Below, in pieces: positions 1 through 12,140 of a stretch of 64,000 nt of DNA. This stretch comes from Octopus bimaculoides. Lineage: Eukaryota. A program made the translations under genes and the position numbers. Every line of letters begins with the position of its first letter. The first letter of the stretch is position 1. The stretch is taken from the NCBI RefSeq assembly GCF_001194135.2, contig NC_068999.1:41137871-41201870 (forward strand), given 5' to 3'. The notes below the pieces were generated by a model that was not told the DNA's origin, made no database searches, and saw nothing but the letters and a program-made list of their open reading frames with translations.

Positions 1-480
1 ATGTATATATGTATATATATGTATATGTATATATATATGTATATATACATATGCATATATATATATGTATATGTATATATATATGTATATATATATATGC
101 ATATATATGTATGTATATATATACATATAGGTATGTATATATATGCATATATATGGATATATATATATACATATAGGTATGTATATATATGCATATATAT
201 GGATATATATATATGCATATATGGATATATATATATGGATATATATATATGCATATATATGGATGTATACATATGCATATATATGGATGTATATATATAC
301 ATATATATGGATGTATATATAAGCATATATTTGTATGTATATATGCATATATATGCATGTATATATATGTACATATATATGTATATATATATATATTTAT
401 GTGTATATGTACATATATGTATATATATATATGTGTGTATATGTACATATGTATATATGTATGTATATATAATACATTGA
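1..480. repeat. Compound (AT)n-derived micro/minisatellite
   Basis: Alternating purine-pyrimidine tract with recurrent about 20-24-bp units (GCATATATATGGAT(A/G)TATAT) at about 190-340. Confidence 0.9.
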
Positions 481-1969
481 TATTGATATATTGACATATG
501 TACATATATATTTGTATGAAGTGTATGCACGGTCACACGCACGTACACGCATATACAAGTCCACCAAAATAATTTTCACCCGTGTAAGCATATAATAAAC
601 CGAAGATGGAGAAAGAATGAGACAGATTCTGGCAGAGAGGATGAGAGAAATATAACAAAAGCATTCACACCAGAAACCCATCCTTGCCCCTCCCACGCTA
701 CCATCTAAAAGAATAGCAACCAGCCACAAACGAATAATAAAAATAATAAATAGCAAAGTTTTCGATCAAATATTTAAACTCTAAACAGTCAGTAAATTCC
801 TTTGGGTGATTCATTATAAAGAAGAATGGGAAATATAAATAAGAAATTTATATTTTCTTCATGGAATCGACAATAAACTCAACAACCCTACCCCCGTTGT
901 CTTGCAGAAACCAATACATTATTATTTCTTTAACTGGTCTCTCAAAAGCGATCGTGAACGATGCCTCGCGAGATAATTGGACAGAACTATATATCACCAT
1001 CAATTGAGGAAATATGTCCCTTTAAAATCGATCATACAATCCTTGTAAATGGGGATAAAAACCCAATGGTTAGTTAGTTAAAGTCTTTTACGTTGCTTTT
1101 TTCTTTCCATCCTTGTTTTTCTCCTCTTCTTTCTCATTTATTTATTTTCGTTACCTTTCTCGCCGCCTCCTCCTCGCCCCCCTCCTCATCCTCCTCCTAC
1201 CTCTTTCTTTATTTTCTTCTTGTTCCTGCAAGGCACCAATTTACCATGTTGTAAAATCCTGCCTTGGGAATGAGAATGCAGCAATAAGAATGAGAATTTT
1301 TCTTAGTTTTGATGAAACAGCTTGGAAATTACTATGAAGATGCTTTTCTTCCTTTTCGTATTGATTTCGGAATAAGGAGTTGGTTGGATCGGCATGAGGG
1401 ATGAGGGGGGGCAGGCAGTCTTTGGAATTGAATAGTTCACTAGTCCTACTGTGAGGGGTGAGGTGGGATGGATGATTGGTGGGTTATATACGGGGACGGG
1501 AAAGGGGGAGTTTTCTGAAGTACGTTATTTAGACAGCAATCAAAGCTTGAAGTAGCTGGACAATATAATAACATCTGACCACAAGCAAAGAAAAGCTAAG
1601 CAAAACGAAATGCCTATCGATCTGCGACTGGCTGAACAGGCGAAATAAATAAATAAAGTATTCTTACATTGCCTTTATGCGAACCTATCGGCCTCGCTTG
1701 CAAATGCACATTGGTTATATATGATTAGGTGAGGGATAGATTTGCATGTATGTACATGCATTTGTATATACGCGTGTACGTATACTAGAATTTATAGAGA
1801 TATACACGGGTATACGTGTATATATACATGTGTGTGTGTGTAAATAAACAAATACTGCATATTTGCACACGCTATCATCTATTACTTCAGTTTTAAAATA
1901 TTTATATATATTTGTGTGTCTTTAGCATATCCGAACATATCAAGTACTTATGTATATATGCATATACAT

Positions 1970-2005
<36 letters not shown>

Positions 2006-2135
2006 ATTTTTGTATATATTTCGGTATCGAAATATGCAAGAACACAATGTAACTTTGTATTAGAAGTGTGTGTCTATATCATTTCACATGATCTCCGTGA
2101 GCGTGTCTTGATGTATAAAATTCCCTATAATAACT

Positions 2136-2492
2136 CCAGTCATTGCGCTGCGGCAATGCTGGGGCACCGGCTTGAAATGTTTAGTTCTAGCAAATCGACC
2201 TCAGTATATATTTGAAGTCTGGCAGTTATTCCACCTGCGTCTTCTAAGCGAACCGACAAGAGATGAAGCATATAAACAAAAGAATACCGGCTGTCATAGT
2301 GTAGGGCACAAGCAGAAAAACAAGCTTACACACACATCATGGGCTTTCATACAGTTTCCACCTTCCAAGTCCATTCACAAATCGGCCAGAGACATTAGAA
2401 GACATTTGTCCAGTGTGCCGCGCACTGGAACTAAACCCGAGACCAATGGGGGTAATATGTGAATTTGCTAACCACACAAACATTCCCCCGCG
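2136..2492 (-). mobile_element. SINE family B, diverged
   Basis: CCAGTCATT..GCGGCAATGCTGGGGCACCGGCTTG tail and AGAAGACATTTGTCCAGTGTGCCGCGCACTGGAACTAAACCCG head. Confidence 0.65.
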
Positions 2493-2987
2493 CATGCGCT
2501 TCTGTGTGTATATGTGCAATATGTGTGTGTTTGTGTTAAGTATTTGTTCCTGTTGTCACATTTGTTTAGTTATTATTTCTTATGCTTCTTTTTCACTTAA
2601 GATCTCCCTCTACTTGACTAGTTCTGTATCAATTGTTAAGGAATGTTTGCAAAGTTAGGTCGGTCGATAGATCGATACATCGACAGACAGATAAAAATAG
2701 ATAGATAGATGCAGAGACAAAAAGACGCAAGAAAATGTGTGTATGTGTAGTTAGATGGATATGAAGATATAAAAAACTAATAGAGAAATAGGTAAATAGA
2801 TACAAAATAAATAGAAAGACAGACAGATCGATAGATAGACAGATAGAGAGACAGATAGAGAGACACATGGATAAATTGAAAGATCGATTGACAGTCTTTC
2901 AGATATAGAGGAGATAGATAGATAGATAGATATAATTTTGATAGGCATGCCTACATTTACCATCAGAGAGACACAGGAATGATATTA

Positions 2988-3018
<31 letters not shown>

Positions 3019-3513
3019 GGCCAACAATTTTTTTCGATTACGGCCATGATATTCTACTTCAGTGATTGTGGTACGTACAATTGTGTGAGTACAATTACTA
3101 ACACATGCAGAAAGGAGAAAACACACACACACACACCGTGATGTGTGTGTGTGTGTGTCTGTGTGATCATTGCATAAACATTTATCAATATAGATATACA
3201 CAGTGTGTGTATGTACATATACACATATACATATGTATGTATGTATTTCTCCGCATAATCCCACTGACGCACGAATGCGCGCAAGGAAGAGAATGGGAGT
3301 AGAAGACTTTGTACTGATTTCGTATTACACTTCAATTCCATACTGGCGTTTTCATTAACGTTTCTCGTCTATTTTCTATATCCATGAGAAAGCTACTTCA
3401 TTTTCGGGTTAACGTAGCTCAAAGCGTTCAGCACCACGGAAAATGGAATAGTGTGGAAAGTAATCACCAATTCATAATAAGAACACGAAGAACATATGAT
3501 GATGATGATGATG

Positions 3514-3548
<35 letters not shown>

Positions 3549-3559
3549 AATGATAATAG

Positions 3560-3708
3560 TTTCAAATTTTTGCCACAAGGGCAGCAATTTTGGAGGAGGG
3601 GAGGAGTCGATTACATCGACCTCCAGTGTTTCACTGGTACTTAATTTATCGACCCCGAAAGGATGAAAGGCGAAGTCGACCTCGGCAGAATTTGAACTCA
3701 GAACGTAG
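3560..3708 (-). mobile_element. SINE family A, 5'-truncated
   Basis: GTCGATTACATCGAC..CACTGGTACTTAATTTATCGACCCCGAAAGGATGAAAGGCGAAGTCGACCTCGGCAGAATTTGAACTCAGAACGT is the reverse complement of family A; abuts (AAT)n. Confidence 0.85.
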
Positions 3709-3709
3709 T

Positions 3710-4262
3710 GGTGGCTCTCAGGGCTTCTGATCATAACTGATTGGAAGTCCTATCATGTACACATTTTGTTTTAGTATGAAAGATGGGTTACAGCAAATAT
3801 TCTGCTTAATACCATATAATTACTCGTCAGTTACTTGACCTTCGCCAGTTGAGTTATGTCCCTTGGTGACTGGCGCTATATGTATTTCTGATCATGAGCA
3901 AGTGTGTTGGGGGTGCATCATAGCTATGTGTTTAGAGGAATTCTTTGACGTTTTAATAATTCACCTCTGGAAAATAGGGTGTTGCGATCATTATCCGTAA
4001 ACTAACTTTATTCAGGGACCTTTTGAGCAAGACAGGCTACTCGGTCTGAAGAAAATTCTAACTGGGCCCCACCTGCAAGATCATGCGCTGTATATTTTGA
4101 TAAGAGATCACAATGTCACCCAAATATGGTTGTGATGCATGTGCCTGGTGTACCCTTATCATACGGGTAGTCCTTGCGGGTATACTGGGCTTCGTATATA
4201 TGTACCCCATTGTCACTTTCATGGCATGTTTTACTCTGTCACTCAATAGTAATAATACTAAT
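3710..4262 (+). repeat. Probable interspersed retro-repeat ending in an (AAT)n-like tail
   Basis: Microsatellite-free, higher-GC block ending CTCAATAGTAATAATACTAATAAT. Single copy in this window, so the family is unconfirmed. Confidence 0.35.
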
Positions 4263-5417
4263 AATTTCTGACTCAGGGCCGGAAACTTTGAGAAGGGGAC
4301 AATTGGCACCGCTGAACCTCATACTTCATTAATACTTTATTTTATTGAATCCGGGTAGATGAAACTACCCGGTAACCTCCATAATAATGTTACTTCATAA
4401 CACAGGCATAAGGCTCCATTATAGGTTTCATGTAGCTGCTTGCTATCTTTAGCGGTGAATGAAGTGTGTTATGAAGTCGTTGTATTTACATGTTCGATTA
4501 ATTCTATTTCATTATCGCCGAATATTCAAGTGTCATTTTGATATTCTGACAAATGTGTGTTTTCATCTTTTAGTATTAGTTACTTAGTGTTTGTTCGGAG
4601 GATTAAATTTGGCAAATGCCTCATCTTGCTTTCTAGGCCTCCGCAGGATTGTCTTGGCGTATTTTTCTACTGAATTATCGAAAGAAAAATTGGAGTCTAC
4701 TGCGCCTAGATTTCAATAAGCCATATTAGATATGACATGTGACAGGATTTGTGGACTTTATTGTTCCAGACGAACATCGAGGAAGGCAAACGGAAATTTT
4801 ATAAAGAAAAGTCTAACACAGCCATGTTAATGCAAAACTTTGATAAGGAAATTTATATTGTAAACATAAATAGGTGCGTGTGTGAGTGTAAAAATTACAT
4901 ATAAATATATATATATACATACGCATCTGTGTGCGTTGTGCAGATATACGTCCACAAGAGAAACATGTATTAAAATATATATATNNNNNNNNNNNNNNNN
5001 NNNNNNNNNNNNNNNNNNNNNNNNNNNNNNNNNNNNNNNNNNNNNNNNNNNNNNNNNNNNNNNNNNNNNNNNNNNNNNNNNNNNNNNNNNNNNNNNNNNN
5101 NNNNNNNNNNNNNNNNNNNNNNNNNNNNNNNNNNNNNNNNNNNNNNNNNNNNNNNNNNNNNNNNNNNNNNNNNNNNNNNNNNNNNNNNNNNNNNNNNNNN
5201 NNNNNNNNNNNNNNNNNNNNNNNNNNNNNNNNNNNNNNNNNNNNNNNNNNNNNNNNNNNNNNNNNNNNNNNNNNNNNNNNNNNNNNNNNNNNNNNNNNNN
5301 NNNNNNNNNNNNNNNNNNNNNNNNNNNNNNNATATATATACGCACATATTTATCATCTATCAATTTATTTACATATAGGGAAAAAGTGATATATGTATAT
5401 GTGTGTATATGTGTGTG

Positions 5418-5459
<42 letters not shown>

Positions 5460-6573
5460 AGCATTCGAATACACACAAATTCTCATGCACACATATTGTT
5501 TGCATTAAAGTTTCTCTCTGTGTGTGTATATATTGTGTGTGTGGCTGAGTATGCGCGTGTGTCTGTGTGTTTTTTGTCGGTGTCTCTGTGTACTTACACG
5601 TATGTATATACAAACATGAGTGTTAGCGCGTGTGAGTTTATTATTGTTTTACTTGCTGCCAACTGAATTCCATCAATAAAAATTTCAATTGTGAAATTTG
5701 TTGTCTTCTCTCCAAAATGAGTGATTTCAATTGACGAATAATGAATAGGTTGTCGTTAGTTTTGGGCAATCGTTAGTTTTAGCATCATTTTGCTTTATGG
5801 CAATTTATCACGAATACCATAAGCACGCATACACATCAACAAAGTAATACACAAAGATATCTGGATATAAATACTAATATCTGTCTATATACATGTGTGT
5901 GTGTGTGTATGCCTATACTCTTTTATCAGTTTACTTGTTTCAGTCATTTGACTGCGACCATACTGGAGCACCGGCTTTATATNNNNNNNNNNNNNNNNNN
6001 NNNNNNNNNNNNNNNNNNNNNNNNNNNNNNNNNNNNNNNNNNNNNNNNNNNNNNNNNNNNNNNNNNNNNNNNNNNNNNNNNNNNNNNNNNNNNNNNNNNN
6101 NNNNNNNNNNNNNNNNNNNNNNNNNNNNNNNNNNNNNNNNNNNNNNNNNNNNNNNNNNNNNNNNNNNNNNNNNNNNNNNNNNNNNNNNNNNNNNNNNNNN
6201 NNNNNNNNNNNNNNNNNNNNNNNNNNNNNNNNNNNNNNNNNNNNNNNNNNNNNNNNNNNNNNNNNNNNNNNNNNNNNNNNNNNNNNNNNNNNNNNNNNNN
6301 NNNNNNNNNNNNNNNNNNNNNNNNNNNNNNNNNNNNNNNNNNNNNNNNNNNNNNNNNNNNNNNNNNNNNNNNNNNNNNNNNNNNNNNNNNNNNNNNNNNN
6401 NNNNNNNNNNNNNNNNNNNNNNNNNNNNNNNNNNNNNNNNNNNNNNNNNNNNNNNNNNNNNNNNNNNNNNNNNNNNNNNNNNNNNNNNNNNNNNNNNNNN
6501 NNNNNNNNNNNNNNNNNNNNNNNNNNNNNNNNNNNNNNNNNNNNNNNNNNNNNNNNNNNNNNNNNNNNNNNNN

Positions 6574-6614
<41 letters not shown>

Positions 6615-7264
6615 CATAATGTGTAGATGTATATATGCATATATACATGTGTGTGTATGAAGTATTGCAGCCTAATAGTTAAGGCATTGCACTGACGATT
6701 GCCAGGTCATTGGTTCGATCCTTTGGACCAGATGGGACGTTGGTTTCTTGAACAAAACACTTCCTTTCACGTTTTAATAGTTCACTCGGCTGTAAATGCG
6801 TAACCCACTGACGGAATAACCTTCCTGCTGACGTAACAAGCGAAGTGACGACATTAGAAAGCAAACACAAATATGTAAATAAAATGCAAAGCATATTATG
6901 ACCGCCGATATTTATATATAACAACATCCGTTAGATAATTATTCATTCCTGCTGTCCGAGACTTTGATTATGCGGAATCCAATGGTGTCAGTATTTGGCT
7001 TCTGTTTGTCAGAGGGAAGACTTACAACCCTTGATTTCGTGACGATCTGGTATTTCTTCGAACCACATCTACAGTAACGAAGGTATTGGCCAACAGTTTC
7101 GCCAACAGTAGCTTTCATATTGGTCTTGAGAATAAAAATGAAATGACAAAGATCTGAATTAATAATGTGGTACAAAAAAAAATGTTCGGTAGTAGGATCG
7201 AACCTGGGCCTTTCTTATTACATGAATGACTCCTGAACCTCAATTTAATACACACAGAGACATA

Positions 7265-7612
7265 TATTCGTGGCGCCTTCCGCAAGTGTCTTCTACAATA
7301 GCACCAAGCCGACCAATTGAGTTCTTGTAAGCAGACTTTGTAGTTAGAAGCTGAAAGCACCCAGCATTTCTGTGTTTGCGTTTGCAATTGCGTGGTAGTT
7401 GTAAACAAGCGTCAATGACATATAAGCGGTGTCATCATTTTCAAGCTCCCGTTAAAACATGTCTGGCTCGGAGGAAAATATTACTTTGCTTGGAAGTAGG
7501 TGAAGGTGGTGACAGGAAGAAAGGTATCCGGCCGTAAAACAATCTGCTTCAACGAATTCCCTTCGACCTATGCCAGCTTGGAAAATGGACGCTAAAATGA
7601 GGGTATGTTAGT
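7265..7612 (+). mobile_element. SINE with family-B head but a different 3' module
   Basis: GCAAGTGTCTTCTACAATAGC..GACCAA head followed by GGTGGTGACAGGAAGAAAGGTATCCGGCCGTAAAA..GGAAAATGGACGCTAAAATGA instead of the family B tail. Confidence 0.6.
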
Positions 7613-8236
7613 GATGTATGTGTAAGAATATGTGCGTGTGTGTATAACGTATGTATGTGCATATATACACCTATATATACACATGCATACGCTAAATTAC
7701 ACGTGCATTGTGCGTAAAGAACAAAGTAATAAGCGGATAAATAGAAAAATAAATATCGTATTGTGTGGTGGGGTTACTATGTAGTCCGATTTGCTGTTTT
7801 GCCGTCAAATAATTAATGTTCTTGTTATTTAGTAAAAACAATATTTGGTATGTTAGAATTTTTGAAGTTAGAAAACCAATCTAATTCCACCTACAATTAT
7901 TGTAATCGTTCTTACATTCACGCTACGTTATATAATGCGCTAAAGGCGAATCCAATTTAACAATGAAAGAGATACTGCATAAAAGCCGTCTCAGAAACAA
8001 TGCAAGTCCTGTGCAGACAATATTGTCCTTCGCTATATCAACTATGAACTAATCAATACATTTATTCAGAAGGGGTTTTTCTTTCTATCTTTCTCCCCGC
8101 CACCTCTCTTTCTCATATTAGTAATGGCGTTGGCTACGTGGGGTCTTAGCCGGCTATTACAGAAATAACGTGTTGATTAATTCCTTGTGACTAAATTTGT
8201 TACAATGAGATTCTGTAAAACCTCTTCATACATATA

Positions 8237-8368
8237 TAGAGTCGTGGCCAAAAGTTTGGAACATTCATCTGAAAATTAGAATTTTTATATTAAATGCCGA
8301 AATATATACGTTGTTACATACTTGAATCGAATTGTACCAGGGCATGACAACTTTAATTTTTAAGACGT
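8237..8368 (+). mobile_element. Left terminus of a Tc1-like element, truncated by an assembly gap
   Basis: TA-GAGTCGTGGCCAAAAGTTTGGAACA resembles the CAGTCGTGGCCAAAAGTT Tc1 TIR consensus. No matching right TIR is visible. Confidence 0.5.
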
Positions 8369-9243
8369 NNNNNNNNNNNNNNNNNNNNNNNNNNNNNNNN
8401 NNNNNNNNNNNNNNNNNNNNNNNNNNNNNNNNNNNNNNNNNNNNNNNNNNNNNNNNNNNNNNNNNNNNNNNNNNNNNNNNNNNNNNNNNNNNNNNNNNNN
8501 NNNNNNNNNNNNNNNNNNNNNNNNNNNNNNNNNNNNNNNNNNNNNNNNNNNNNNNNNNNNNNNNNNNNNNNNNNNNNNNNNNNNNNNNNNNNNNNNNNNN
8601 NNNNNNNNNNNNNNNNNNNNNNNNNNNNNNNNNNNNNNNNNNNNNNNNNNNNNNNNNNNNNNNNNNNNNNNNNNNNNNNNNNNNNNNNNNNNNNNNNNNN
8701 NNNNNNNNNNNNNNNNNNNNNNNNNNNNNNNNNNNNNNNNNNNNNNNNNNNNNNNNNNNNNNNNNNNNNNNNNNNNNNNNNNNNNNNNNNNNNNNNNNNN
8801 NNNNNNNNNNNNNNNNNNNNNNNNNNNNNNNNNNNNNNNNNNNNNNNNNNNNNNNNNNNNNNNNNNNNNNNNNNNNNNNNNNNNNNNNNNNNNNNNNNNN
8901 NNNNNNNNNNNNNNNNNNNNNNNNNNNNNNNNNNNNNNNNNNNNNNNNNNNNNNNNNNNNNNNNNNNNNNNNNNNNNNNNNNNNNNNNNNNNNNNNNNNN
9001 NNNNNNNNNNNNNNNNNNNNNNNNNNNNNNNNNNNNNNNNATGGCCATAGATATAAGTCAATGTTGAATTTTACCTGTGGAAGTCTGTATACGTATGAAC
9101 TTTGGACGTATTTGTATGAGGGAAGTAAAAGACTTTTTTCAAAGAGTTTTTCAAATATTTAAAGAAGAAATATATTTTTTAAGTCTTTTTAAATATTTTA
9201 ATCGTCTGATAAAACATTTTTATCAGACGATAAAAATGTTTAT

Positions 9244-9300
9244 CCGACTAAAGGCGGTGCTCTAGCATGGCCGCAGCTAAATGACTGAAACAAATAAAAA
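9244..9300 (+). mobile_element. SINE family B 3' end
   Basis: CGACTAAAGGCGGTGCTCTAGCATGGCCGCAGCTAAATGACTGAAACAAATAAAA. Similar isolated tails at 5916-5980 (-) and 53010-53099 (+). Confidence 0.75.
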
Positions 9301-9364
9301 AAAAAAACAATTTCATTTTATTGTAAATGCAAAACAACACCACGGAGGAATCACGTAAGATTAA

Positions 9365-9426
9365 ATGATAAACCGCAATATGTGAACCGCGATAGGTGAA
9401 CCGCGATACGGCGAGGGATTATTGTA
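9365..9426. mobile_element. Terminal fragment of a pogo/Tigger-like DNA element
   Basis: GTGAACCGCGATA repeated twice, followed by CGGCGAGGGATTATTG-TA. The reverse complement resembles Tigger-type CAGTAATCCCTCG TIRs with subterminal repeats. Confidence 0.45.
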
Positions 9427-9470
9427 TATATTTGTATGTATAGATAGATGCATGTATAGAGATACATATG

Positions 9471-9620
9471 AAGGGTGCATTGCTTAGCGGTTAAAGTGTT
9501 AGACTCATGATCGTAAGATTGTGGTTTCGATTCCTGAAGTCCATTTACCTGTCGAAGATGATTAATCCTGCGAGGGACCGGCGTCCCACTCATGGGAACC
9601 GGAAATCCGATCCTATGAGT
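9471..9620 (+). mobile_element. tRNA-headed SINE with V/Meta-domain-like segment, internally deleted
   Basis: GCTTAGCGGTTAAAGTGTTAGACTCATGATCG..GGTTTCGATTCC head, then CCTGCGAGGGACCGGCGTCCC, resembling the CCTGCGATGGACTGGCGTCC segment of V-SINE-like families (pattern recall only). Confidence 0.55.
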
Positions 9621-11272
9621 TTATATGACACAGGAAGGATCGTCATCCTTTTATTCTTTTATATATGTGCCTCAGTACATATTTAAGTATGTGTGTGTGT
9701 GTTTGAGAGAGAAAGTGAGAAAGAGTGCGTTTGTTTGTAATGTATACGCGTATGTACTACAGTGTTACGTATGTCTGTGCGTCGCCACTCCTGTCTGTCA
9801 ATCAATGAGAGAACATTTCTAAGGATTTCACTTTCTTTCTCGTGGCTGTATTCTTTTGGCTAGAAAGAAATAATCCGTAGGTCGCAAAGGTCATTGCATT
9901 TTACAAAGGTCATGCCAACAATCTAGTTTGTTGGGAAAAAATATCCAGAGATTACTTTATAAAGTGTCTTTCTTTCAAATATCGACGTAAATATCAGTTT
10001 CACCATTTTTGTTCATCTGGGGAGCAATAAAGAATATATTTTTCCGATAATTTAATAATTCCATCGGATTAATCGATTTAGCACTGTTAGGTTTTCAATA
10101 CAAAAGGTCAGGAAACTCGACAGTGAACCGGAATAAAACAATCTTTCTTTACCTCTAACATCCATCGTTATTTTACATCCACCATATACAACTAAGAGAA
10201 TGAGAGAGTCCCTACGTGGTCGAATGGCGTGCTAGAAATAGCAACCATATCCCCTTTAAAATGTGGCGTTCTGGCAGAAGCGTTGAAGCATTGAATGACG
10301 TGGGTGCAGATCCCTTCTGAGTCGATAAAATCAAAAACTAGTGGAAGCAGATTCTTTCAGAACTTCCTAGGAAAAATCTGCTATTCCATTACCGGGAAAT
10401 ATCCCTACCCTGTTTGTTCTGACTAATCTGCTCTTTGAGCTCAAATTCTTCTATTCTCATCTTTGCTCTTCTTCATGTCCGAGTCGATAAAAATTACCAA
10501 CCAATGTAAACGTGGTGATATAAGCAGAAGAGTTAGAACTTCTGACGAGGTAGTTTGCGATATTAGTACCAGTTATTTGCGTTCCAAATTCTTGAGAAAT
10601 AAGCATAATCGGTTGCTTAGTTTAATAACAATATTTGGCTGTTGACAGCTTTCAACGAAGCTTAGTCTATTGGTGGACTACTTTTCGACTTAGGTCTTCG
10701 GTTTTTGTCCATCCAACATCCCGCCCATACAAAACAATGGTTTTATTAAAACGAAAACACAAATAATTTGTGTGTAACGAAAACAACAACCCTAATAACA
10801 TAACGTTTATACAATTACACATTAAGCTATCAAGGGAGACACCAAATAATAATAATAATAACAATAATTATTATTTTTGTCGTCGTCGTCGTAGTAGTAG
10901 TAGTAACAACATCAACGATGATAATCAATCGTATGAAATTATGAGGCAATAAAAATATCTATTTTCATTCTGTCACTGCTACTGCTGCTGGTTTTCGTAA
11001 ATATTTCATTTAATCATATACAAATACTTCGAGTTTCTACTTTAATCCACGTACTACGCTCATCCCACTCCACCCCACCCCATCTAAAGCTTGCTAACAG
11101 CACTCCTCTCTCTCTCTCTCTCTCTATGTCTCATTAAACGATAAGAAAACTAACATCTAATATCTTCTATTTTTTTATGTATTTTTATTCAATATATGAT
11201 ACAAAGTATCAAGAAGAAGAGAGTGGAAGGGAGTAATGTAGAAGGAGAGACGGAGAATAAAACTGAGGGAAT

Positions 11273-11312
<40 letters not shown>

Positions 11313-11493
11313 GAGATACAAGGGCATATAACTAGAGAGAGAAACAGAGTGAAAGAAATACAATGAAATACGTATAACATTATGCATACACATGTTTACA
11401 TATGTATATACATTTATGTATGTATATACATGTCTATTTATGCAGATATTATATATATTATATATGTGTACTATGTGTTTATTTTCTCTTATT

Positions 11494-11531
11494 CTTTTCT
11501 GTTGAAGAGTGTAGGCTCGAAACGTAAAAGA
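11494..11531 (+). ncRNA. Penelope-type hammerhead-like motif with A6U core change
   Basis: Plus strand reads CUUUU CUGUUGA A GAGU-GUAG-GCUC GAA ACGU A AAAGA, followed by CTCGAGCGTCAAACTAATACAT as in the other copies. Confidence 0.55.
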
Positions 11532-11646
11532 CTTTTTCATTTTTCTCGAGCGTCAAACTAATACATTTGCCTGTTGTTCATGCATCTATCTTCGTCCTTT
11601 GTTTTAAATTTCAACTGTATATATATATTATACTTGCCTACATATG

Positions 11647-11729
<83 letters not shown>

Positions 11730-11843
11730 GCGCGCGTGTCCTAGGTGCCATGCAATAGGACTGTACGTACTCTGAGCCATGTGGCTGGGAAATAAATTCT
11801 TTATCTAATATCCGATCTTGTGCATATGCAAATATATTTTGTA

Positions 11844-12140
11844 TACGAGAGTGATTCAAAAAGTAATGCCATTTTGTTTAGGACAGGTATAATTACGAAC
11901 ATAGGAACATGTATCATACATCAAAATGAAGCTGGTCCTCTGTGGATTACATACTTACTTCTCAACATAGTCACCGTTTCTCTCAATAGCAATGTTCCTC
12001 CTTCGAATTAGAGCATGCATCCCTGCCCCGTAAAATTCTTTTGACTGTTCTTTGAGCCACTTCTTCACTACAGTTTTCACTTTCTCTTCACTGGAATAAT
12101 GTTTGCCTCTCAAACCCTCTTTCATGGGGCCGAAAAGATG
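11844..12140 (-). mobile_element. mariner transposon 3' fragment (transposase C-terminus plus one TIR)
   Basis: Minus strand encodes HLFGPMKEGLRGKHYSSEEKVKTVVKKWLKEQSKEFYGAGMHALIRRRNIAIERNGDYVEK*, a typical mariner C-terminus. Ends in TA-CGAGAGTGATTCAAAAAGTAATGCC, a mariner-like TIR at 11844-11870. Confidence 0.85.

Noticed and set aside
7170-7235. tRNA-like GGTTCGATCC box on the minus strand, and other SINE heads
   Set aside because: No complete cloverleaf or acceptor stem; these are SINE or tRNA-derived fragments, not tRNA genes.
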